A stretch of 62,246 bases of DNA, filler included, from Kipferlia bialata (taxonomy: Eukaryota), in NCBI GenBank assembly GCA_003568945.1. It is 8 parts of 7 records of this genome, joined end to end, with 100 filler letters (N's around TTAATTAATTAA, not from the genome) between each part and the next. Parts side by side here need not be neighbours in the genome. Positions count along the whole stretch, not along the records: positions 12,311 to 17,812 come from BDIP01001117.1; positions 17,913 to 30,117 come from BDIP01001118.1; 6 more parts are not named here. One strand, given 5' to 3'. The position numbers and the translations under genes were made by a program. Positions 12,792-26,625 of the stretch are shown piece after piece; position 1 is the first letter of the stretch; each line of letters begins with the position of its first letter. Under the pieces are notes generated by a model. It ran no database searches, had not been told where the DNA came from, and saw nothing but the letters and a program-made list of their open reading frames with translations.

Positions 12792-13327
12792 TGGGGTAAT
12801 GCCATTACTGGTGGATCTGCTTCCTGTGTCGTTGAGACATCACCCTCTGAGTATAACGGAGCCCCCAGCTTTATACTCACACACACTGCAAATGGCATAT
12901 TCGAGACCACAGTGACAGGTTGGTTTTGTATACATACACATATACACACATATATATGGGATATATGTATAATGCGTACACTGCTGATGGTATATTCGCG
13001 ACCACAGTGACAGGTGTGTGGGTTTCACACCCTCCCCTCCCCCCCCTCTCCCATATATTTATATATGTGTGTGTCTTTTTACTGACCCACAGGAGATGTC
13101 GACCTGGCCACTGTCGGAGACTATGTCCTGTACCCCAGCTATGGAGAGACAGTCATATCTATGGTATGTGTCTCAGATGTATGTTTGGGTCTCTCTTCCC
13201 CCCCCCCCCCCCCCCCTCCCCAACCCCAGGTGCCGACGTCAATGAGATTGACCCCCGGCTGAGGGAGCTGGAGAGACAGGGTACCCCATCGCCAAAGGGG
13301 GAGGGCAAGGAGGCGGATCTGTGCTAG
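12792..13327 (+). CDS. 3' end of a spliced hypothetical gene
   Basis: Exons approx. 12792-12918, 13093-13163, 13230-13327; ends ...KGEGKEADLC*. Confidence 0.6.
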
Positions 13328-13604
13328 GGTTTGCATGGACTAGCGCATAGCTAGCGCTCAGTGTAGAAGTATATATGAATTCGGTTATTACTCATAAATC
13401 CCAAGGATTGCAGTGTACAGTGGTGGTTGTAGCTAGGGCCGACCCAGTCAATGATTCGAGAAGGGTAATAACCAAACCACAGTTCACGGTACAGACTCCA
13501 TCCATCCTTGTAGAATAGAGAGCACAGAGACCACGTAGAGTGACTTACACTTGACACTACCATTGAATGTCTACACGTCTCTATCTATTCTCTATCCAAC
13601 CACC

Positions 13605-16376
<2,772 letters not shown>

Positions 16377-16636
16377 GTCTCTGTTCTGTCGAAGAGGAGT
16401 CAACAAGGAACCAATCGATGCAATCAAGATTCAATCAAAAACTCTACACCCCTTTGTCACACTCGATTTCGTCTGAAGAACTGACTATCTGGCACTCCAT
16501 ATGCTACTGTAGACCATCACGCCGTCTCAGCAGTAGAGGAGACGATTATGCCGAAGTGATTGCATCAATGATTGCAAATGATCCAGCACCGAGCTCCATC
16601 TTGTCGAGGTATCTGTGATCTGAGGCCGACCCAGTG

Positions 16637-17320
16637 ATGCCGGGACCCAGTGGCCCGTCGAGGCTGGTACACAGCAGCACATACTACCCGGACCTAGACG
16701 TGCCGGCCCTTCTGGGGCAGCAGGGGAAGGGAGGGGCCATTTACACCTTTTCTGTGAGCTCTCCGGCCCGTGAGGTGTGCATACGGGGTGACTGGGATGG
16801 GTGGGTGAGCAGTACACCCCTGGAGAGGAAGGGAGACACGTGGCAGGTGCTGCTGAGGCTGTCCCCGGGGACACACCAGTATAAGGTACGTCGATACGTA
16901 CCCGATCCGTGTCTCCTCTCTATCTCTCACCCACCTCCTGTCATTTGGGGTGTGGTGTATTCAATCCTCGTCTATCTCTTGTGTGCTCTCTCCCATTGTC
17001 ACTCTGTGTCATACTATCCTCCCTCACTTTGATATGTCCCTCCGTATCTATTCTCCTCCTGACCCAATCTATTGTCTCACCCCCAGTATGTGATGGATGG
17101 CCACTGGACCCTTGACCCCTGCACAGTGACATGTCCAGATGGACACGGTGCGTGGATGTGTATACATACATACATATATACTGCCGGGTAGTGACGTCAT
17201 CCCCGTCCACCCCCTGACCCCTCAGGCAACACCAACAACTGGGTGCACGTCCTGGCCTCTGTCCCCCCCTCGGCCCAGTCCTCACCCAGAGAGAGGGAGA
17301 GGAAGTACCACGGGAGGTGA
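16637..17320 (+). CDS. Protein with AMPK-beta-type glycogen-binding module (CBM48); 3' end uncertain and may extend to about 17630 or beyond
   Basis: Exons 16637-16885, 17087-17147, 17226 onward give EVCIRGDWDGW..TPLERKGDTWQVLLRLSPGTHQYKYVMDGHWTLDP....DGHGNTNN. Confidence 0.85.
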
Positions 17321-17764
17321 TGCAGAGGGGAGGGGGGAGGGGACACACCAGTAGGTCCACCAGCCACAGACAGTAATAGAACGTATTGATACACTGCTTG
17401 GTATTGGTCTGGGTGTCGGTATGTGTGTAGGCCGCGGGTGGGTCGGTGTGTGGATAGTGTGCCACTCCTCAGGGCGCTGTCTCAATATGCCGCACACGCT
17501 CTCTCACATTCATCCCCCTCTGCCTCAATACCCAGTCAAGTATACACCATGCATGGGTATGTGTCACTCATGGATGTGGATCAGGACCCCATTGTCGACC
17601 TGAGGGATCAGATAGGGCAGTACACACAAGTACATACATATATCTATTGAAAAGAGTAACCAGTACCACTATATATATCGGATCGATATACAAACAACTA
17701 TACTACCCTCTATACCTGTGTGAATGCTATTTGGTGTGCGCTGGTGGGATGGGAGTCCCTGAGG

Positions 17765-17812
<48 letters not shown>

Positions 17813-17912
17813 NNNNNNNNNNNNNNNNNNNNNNNNNNNNNNNNNNNNNNNNNNNNTTAATTAATTAANNNNNNNNNNNNNNNNNNNNNNNNNNNNNNNN
17901 NNNNNNNNNNNN
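17813..17912. other. Artificial contig linker
   Basis: Same N/TTAATTAATTAA linker. Confidence 0.99.
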
Positions 17913-18012
17913 ATGTCCTGCCCACATTCAACCAGTACATGAGGATACTGGTGGGGATGGGAGGTATATGCTATATATACACAAGATATGTATTTATCTA
18001 CAAGATTCAGTG

Positions 18013-18044
<32 letters not shown>

Positions 18045-18933
18045 TTATATACTTCTACCCACATTCAACCAGTACATCATGATACTGGCGGGGATGGGAG
18101 GTATGTACCAGTATTCAAGTACATATATATATATATATATATACTATATGTGTACATTCAACCAGTCCATATACTAACCCTCCAGACCCTGTCCCCGGCC
18201 TAGCTGTCACATCCAACTATGTCAGAGTCATATATACATATATGTATATATATATATATATATAGAGGAGAGTATATTTATATATATGATATCCCTCTCT
18301 TACCCTAGACCCTGTACCTGGCCTAGCTGTCACATCCAACTATGTCAGAGTGATGTATGCACTCACACTGGGGATATCAGTAGGGGATCCTGTGTTGATC
18401 AGGTATAGTATATATCTTCACAATGATTCATTCATATCTATCTCTCCCTCCCTCCGTCACTCTCAATAAGTACCCTATCATACTTTGTTTCTTACGCGAT
18501 ACCCTTTCTTTACCGTTTCTTACGCGATCAGGGGTGGCAGAGGCACTGGCAAGTCCTATGCAGTGTCTGCATACGCACTGAAGCAGAGTGGCATGTCGAG
18601 GTATGGGTCTATGTATGTATATTTGTGTGTGTGTTAGTACCTAAGTATATGAAGATTGCAGGGCTATCAAGGGAGGTCTGCGGATGGATTTTGGTTTGTA
18701 TATACATTATCAGGGTTGTATATATATATGTATGTATCCACTCTGACACTAGTGTTCTGTGCCGCGTGTCCCCTGCCACCAACATATATCCATCACGTTC
18801 TATTATCTAAATATGTATATATATGTGTGTGTGTATGTAGTTATATATCCTCATATCAGTGTCCTGTGCCGCGTGTCCCCTGCCACCAGCCCCAGGGACA
18901 TACAGGCACTGTCATCAGCCGCAGAAGGTATAC

Positions 18934-18968
<35 letters not shown>

Positions 18969-20814
18969 TATATGATATATATGGTATATATACATATATA
19001 TGTACACCAGTCCCAGGGACATACAGGCCCTGTCATCAGCCAGAGAAGGTATATCTGCATATATATGTGTATACAATATATAGTACACATATGTCTTTGA
19101 CTCTCTCTAACTCCAGCCCCCTCTGATGGATCCAGCCATGGCAAGACACACACTACTGTCTCTCTCTTTCTATATGAATATATATGTATATATATATCTA
19201 TATCTATATATGTATTAATACATATATCTCACCCCAGCCCCCTCTGATGGGTCCAGCCATGGCAAGACAGGACTTGGGATAGACTTGGGTGAGATACAAT
19301 ATTGATATAATAATGATAATATATACACATATATATATATATATATATATATTAGACCTGGGTAGGAGTCATCATACCGCATATATATCGCACCTTTACT
19401 CACATGCTACATGATTTCCCCCCCTCTTTCCCCTAGGTCGCACCCTCTCTGCCACCATGGTGTCCACTGTGATCTCTCTCCACCCACCCCCCCTCTCTCT
19501 CTATATATATACTATAGTGCTTACTGTCAGGTCGTACCCTCTCTGCCACCATGGTGTCCACTGTTGCCTCCATGGCCACATCCATGGCATCCATGTCTAG
19601 GTATAGGTTGTGTATACGCCTGTGTATATACAACACTATATATTAATTCAAGTACATTGTGGCATCAATATCAAGGTATAGACATAGATAGAGTCTAATC
19701 AATAATAATATGTAATAGGTAGATTCATATATATATGCCTATGTACTCTTAAATGTCATTATATACAATTATATATATATATGTATATATCTAATCATGT
19801 CAGGTCGATGCTGCCCTCCAGTCCCTCCCTGACACATATGAATATATTATATATACTATTACATATATATATATATATATATTCTTTAATGTGTACTCTT
19901 GTGATACCGGGACACTTACCATCAGGTCGATGCTCCCTTCCAGCCCCTCCCATCACCCCTGTACACCCATATATATATATATATATATATACCTATATAT
20001 ATATATATACACATACATATATATATATATATATGTCTATCTAATCCTGTCAGGTCGATGCTCCCCTCCAGTCCCTCCCTGGCCCTCACCCACATGGACC
20101 AGCACGGGTATGATATATGCAAAGAGTATTTAGTGTATACAGTAACTTTTCGTACTTTCATTGTTTTAGTATCCAAACATACCATCTTGTATGCACTCAG
20201 ATTCAGTGGATACATATATCCATATCTATATCTAACCCTAGTAGCAATGGCGCCACTCTTGTTGTCCTAGACACTGTAGACCATACCAACACCCATACCA
20301 TATATATATATAAATACTATACTATATATATACATATATAACTAACCCTAGGTCTAATGGTGCTACACTGGTTGTCCTAGACACTGTAGACCAGACCAAC
20401 ACCCATGCCATGCACGCACTCAAGGAGAGCATCGACTACATCCAGCACCCAGTCATGCTATCTAGGTATATATAGTGTAGTATACAGTGTATATACTCTA
20501 TACTATAGTATATGTATAGTGTATATATACTATATATACCCATGCCATGCACGCACTCAAGGAGAGCATCGACTATATCCAGCACCCAGTCATGCTATCA
20601 AGGTATATATAGTGTAGTATACGGTGTTTATACTCTTTATGTCTCTCTCTCTCTCATGTATATGTAGTCTCTCACATACCAGGTGTGTATTAGACCCTGA
20701 GCTTGAGCAGAAGTCTCTCTCTCTCTCTCTCTCGCGCTCTCTCTCTCTATATATATACATATATATCTCACTCTAGATGTGTATTAGACCCTGAGCTTGA
20801 GCAGAAGGCCCTGG

Positions 20815-20848
<34 letters not shown>

Positions 20849-21462
20849 AATATCTAACCCTAGGTGTGTATTAGACCCTGAGCTTGAGCAGAAGGCCCTG
20901 GTGGTACAGCTCAACCCACTGAAGGAGGAGGATTTCTACCAGGTATACATCAGTATACATCAGTATATACGAGTCTGTTTATTAGTGTGTTTACAAGTAT
21001 AGTTCTGGCCCTGGTATGGTACAGCTCAACCCACTCAGAGAGGAGGACTTCTATCAGGTGTGTATGTGTATGTATATTGTATGTATTGTCATGTATCCAA
21101 GGGGATGACTAGCCTTACACCCAGGTCTTTGACTCTCTCTTCTCCACATTTGTCATTAGTCTATTTGTGTTAATAGTGGTATCACTGGGTATTAGTGTAT
21201 ACCTCACCCTCTCTGCCTACGTTGCGTATTCTTGTGTACCTCACCCCCAGGTCTTCGACGCTCTCTTCTCCCCCGAGGAGATACTCACAGGGGACACACA
21301 GGAGATATGTCAGGTAGTGGTTATATATGAATGTGTATGTATATATACAATTGTATGTATACATATTGTGCTATGTGAATATTTACCAGTTATACATACA
21401 TGCCTGAGGAGATACTCACGGGGGACACACAGGAGATATGTCAGGTATATATGTATGATATA

Positions 21463-21494
<32 letters not shown>

Positions 21495-22276
21495 GATATG
21501 CTGGACTATGTATATATCTGCATGTTATGTATATATATGCCTGATTAGATACTACAACACCCAGGAGATATGCCAGATATCAGTTCAGTCTCGAGTATAT
21601 ATGTAGACTCTATTTGCAATCAGAAATTATTATGTATACACATATTACTATGAGAGCCTCATCCCAGTCCCTGGCCCATGCCATGGTCATCCTGAGAGTG
21701 CATTTGTGTGTACTATTACAGACATGATATTCATATATATATATGTATATATGTATACATTGCATTCATATATTGTGTCTGACACTCAGTCCCTGGCCCA
21801 TGCCATGGTCACTCTGAGGGAGTCCCCAGCATTTGCAGGTAATGTGTACATGTATATTATATAATACGTGTAATGTATTTCCTGTGAGATGGTGAGATCA
21901 GAGCTGTTATACGGGCAGTAATTTGTAATTGAAAACACATATTCTCTCTCTCTCCTATACATATATACATACATATTTTGATCATCTAGGTCTCGGGGAG
22001 ACATACGCCCTAGGCTCCAACCTATTCTTCCTCTCTCTCTCTGTCTCTCTCTCTCTCTCTGCAATACTCTTAAACTTATGATCGTAGGTATAGGCTTAGG
22101 AGAGACCTACACCCTGGGCTCCAACCTAGTCTATCTCTCTCTCTCTGTCTCTCTCTCTCTCTCTGTATATATGTGTGTATTGGTGCTGATCGTAGGGATA
22201 GTCCTAGGCGAGGCCTACACCCTTGGTTCCAATATATTCTCTCTCTCCATAATAGACTTAAACTAACAATTCAGGT

Positions 22277-22313
<37 letters not shown>

Positions 22314-22566
22314 AATACTCTTTACTAACAATTCAGGTATAGGCCTAGGAGAGGCCTACACTCTAGGCTCCAACATATTCTTCCTCTCTCTCTCTCTCTC
22401 TCTCTCTTCAATGCTCTTCAACTTAAATTTCAGGTATCGGTCTTGGAGAGGCCTACACCCTAGGCTCCAACATATCCCCCCTCTCTCTCTCTCTCTCTCT
22501 ACTATGTAGTATTACTTACCAACCAGGCATTGGCCTAGGAGAGGCATACACTCTAGGCTCCAACCT

Positions 22567-22603
<37 letters not shown>

Positions 22604-22918
22604 AATACTCTTAAACTAATGATCGTAGGTATAGGCCTAGGAGAGGCCTACACTCTAGGCTCCAACCTGGTCCTGGGCTCTAACATAGTCTCTCTCTCTC
22701 TCTCTCTTGGTGATGAGGAGGACATAGATGGTATAGTGGAGATAGATGGTATTGAGGGTATAGAGGGTCTAGATGGTCTAGAAGGCCTGGGCGGAGAGGA
22801 AGAGGGGGAGAGAGAGACTGGCTCCAAGAGACTCCTCTCTGACTGGCAGTGTCTGCACAGACACCCCGAGATAGTCGCCAAGGTGCTATATATATATACA
22901 TATGGACGTATATATAAG

Positions 22919-22949
<31 letters not shown>

Positions 22950-23006
22950 GTATATAGGATACGGTGGTAGTGTCTACACAGACACCCCAAGATAGTGGCA
23001 AAGGTA

Positions 23007-23058
<52 letters not shown>

Positions 23059-23135
23059 GTATATATGTATATACACAGTTTACTGCCTCACCTTTAGGCC
23101 GCCAAGCTAGCCTTCTCTGCCTTCCTGCGTGAACA

Positions 23136-23171
<36 letters not shown>

Positions 23172-25768
23172 CATATATATTAATATATATACTACCCCCA
23201 GGCCGCCAAGCTAGCCTTCTCCGCCTTCCTGAGGGGTAGTGAGACAGAGGTGCAGAGGTGCATGGACACCCTGACTCAGGCATTAGAACCATGCTTAGGA
23301 GCAGATAGGTATTAGGATATATATATATATATATATGCATGTATACCTATATATATATATGGAGAGAGACAGAGGTGCAGAGGTGCATGGACACCCTGAC
23401 TCAGGCATTAGAGCAATGTCTGGGTACAGATAGGTATTATTGATACTATGTATAAACTGGTAGTATACTATACCTATATATATATACAGAGAGAGAGAGA
23501 GAGAGAGTCTGGGGACAGATAGGTATTAGGATATATATTCTTGCTATGGTCCGCTTATATATTGTGTATTCACCCCCAGCCTAGCTCCTGTCTCCAACAT
23601 GGGTCTGTTACTGGGCCACCTCTGCCCTGGCAGACACCCAGTGTCCATATCTAGGGGACCTATTGCTAGAGAAGGTATGTATATATACGTACATATATTG
23701 TATACATNNNNNACCTATTGCTAGAGAAGGTATGTATATATACGTACATATATTGTATACATACACCCAGTCTCCATAGGAAGGTGACCCATTACATCAG
23801 ATGGTATGTGGATACATATATATATATATATGTAATGTTAGTATATGTGTATATAGCAAGAGGACCCATTACATCAGAGGGTGAGTGTATTGTAGTGTAT
23901 TCCGACTTATGCGTGTTTCTGTTTGTCTCACCTTTCGGCAGTGAGAGTGACGATGCTGTCCACCCCATCTATCTATCTATATATATATATATGTCTTCCT
24001 ATATATATACTAATCATAGACAGCGAGAGTGACTCTGACGATGCTGTCCACCCCATCTCAGACTTTGTGGGTCCAACCACAGACAGTGGACACTTCAACC
24101 ACAGGCCAAGGTATATATACATTTATATATATATATAGTATATTCTGTCACTATTTCTATATGTACATAGTATACCTGTCCACAGACAGTGGGCACTTCA
24201 ACCACAGGCCAAGGTATATATATTGTAATCTGTGACCAACCCACCTATATACTCTCTCTCTCTCTCTCTCTCTATGTATATAGTACTATATCTTACCCCT
24301 CAGATTCCTGTATGTGGAGGACATGACCATGGACAGGTCACCATATACACCATTAGATACACCATATATACTCCATATACTGTCTCTTTCTCTCTCTCTC
24401 TCTCTGTGTGTATATATATATAGATATATATACATATACATATATATATATATCTTACCCCTTAGGTTCCTGTATGTGGAGGACATGACCATGGACAGGT
24501 CTCTCTACCACTGGATAGGCCAGATCACAGGTATCTATGCCACTCTGTATTCAAATGTATATAGTGGTAGTTCAATCTATATTTATATAGCTACATATAT
24601 CTCATGCCAGGTCTCTCCTCTTCCCCCGACCAGACCACCCTGCTGGGGTCACCATTCACAAGAGACAGGGACGAGGAGGCTGGGAGGAGGTATTGAATCA
24701 TGTATAAATATATTATATATATAGGACAGTACTTATAGTGATGTATATATATAGTAGTCTATTGACAAGGGACAGGGACGAGGAGGCTGGAAGGAGGTAT
24801 ATATGCATTGATACTTGTATATTATATAGCTTATATATATATATGTACTTGTAGTGTTATATATATAGTGGTCTATTGACAAGGGACAGGGAGGAGGAGG
24901 CTGGGAGGAGGTAGTATATCATGTGTATAGTCAGTGTTTATAGTGGTATACATATCACCCTTCACAAGGGACAGGGACGAGGAGGCGGGAAGGAGGTAAT
25001 ATTTGTATTGGTACTTGTATATTATATATCTCATATATATATATGTACTTGAAGGGTTATACATTTATAGTGGTCTATTGACACGGGACAGGGACGAGAA
25101 GGCGGGAAGGAGGTATTATATCATGTGTATAGTCAGTGTTTATAGTGGTATGCATATCACCCTTCACAAGGGACAGGGACGAGGAGGCGGGAAGGAGGTA
25201 TGTTCCTGTCTACATACAGTAGCCATGCAGTATTCATGTTTCCCTAGTTTACATCATCAAGTGATTGTTGAGTACATTCCCATAATGATACACTCTCACC
25301 ACTAGGTACCGTGACCGTAAGGACAGGGAGATTGCCTCTCTCCTACAGCACCAGGGACAGTGGGTGTGGGGAGGGGGGTCAGCAGGTGTGTAGAGATATG
25401 ACATCACTTCTTTGCCCTCTATATATATAGTTGGAGGATTATGTGTTTTATACTCACTCCAGGCACTCTGGTGTCAGTCACCCCTTCCCTTCCTGTCTTC
25501 AACACCCTGTGTGCATATGCCCAGGCATGGGGCACGGCAGGGGGGGATGCGGTGCCAACACTGGCTGTGGACACACACCCAGGGCAGGTATACACTCTAT
25601 CGTACTATATACTACCCTCTGTAGTATTACTGAAGGCATATATCTATTGGGACCCTTACATGCTAGTCTCTCTCTCTCTCTTCATCTCTCTATTACTGTA
25701 ATTATAGGTCCATCCAGCCTCTGTGGATAAGGATATGAACATCCTAGTATTTGGTGACCCCTCTGACA

Positions 25769-25799
<31 letters not shown>

Positions 25800-26065
25800 C
25801 TCACCTTATAAGGTGCATCCCGCCTCGGTTGATAAGGATATGAACATCCTTGTGTTTGGTGATCCCTCTGACATGGACACGGCCCTAGCACACCCATTCA
25901 CAGTCATGAGGCTCACACTTGGTTAGTATATATATATAGCTATAGAGAGAGAGAGAGAGAGAGAGAAATGTAGTGTATATGGATATGTATATATATATAT
26001 GTGTTGATATGGACACAGCCCTGGCACACCCATTCACAGTCATGAGGCTGACACTTGGTTAGTAT

Positions 26066-26119
<54 letters not shown>

Positions 26120-26594
26120 GTGTATATGGATATATGTACATTAATATACATTGATATGGACACCTGCCTGGCACACCCATTCACGGTCATGAGGCTGACA
26201 TTAGGTATGCTTTTAGTGTATGTGTTCAATTCTGTTGAGACTCTCACATCCCATGTGACGTGTTCACCTTTGTGACTGACAGCCTTGCCCATCCTGCCAC
26301 TATATATATATATATATCCATATTCATATATAAATACATATATCCTACTACTACTATACTATCCTACTACCTCTTACCTCTAGACGATCAACAACCTACC
26401 TATATTAACATCCACTAATATATATATATATATATATAGGCGTGTATATATATCCTACTACTACTATCCTACCTCTTACCTCTAGACGATGTCTTCACCT
26501 TTGTGACTGACAGTCTGCCCATCCTGGCTGCAGCAGCATGTACCCAGGCCAGGGACAGACTGTGGGAGGTATGTATACTAAGATACATATATAT

Positions 26595-26625
<31 letters not shown>

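Noticed and set aside
21990..22690. Repeat-spacer pattern resembling a CRISPR array
   Set aside because: The repeats are exon fragments with splice acceptors, the spacers are microsatellites, the context is eukaryotic and there are no cas genes.
23659..23762. Exact ~49-bp direct repeat flanking NNNNN
   Set aside because: Identical copies either side of a scaffold gap indicate an unmerged contig overlap, not an echo.
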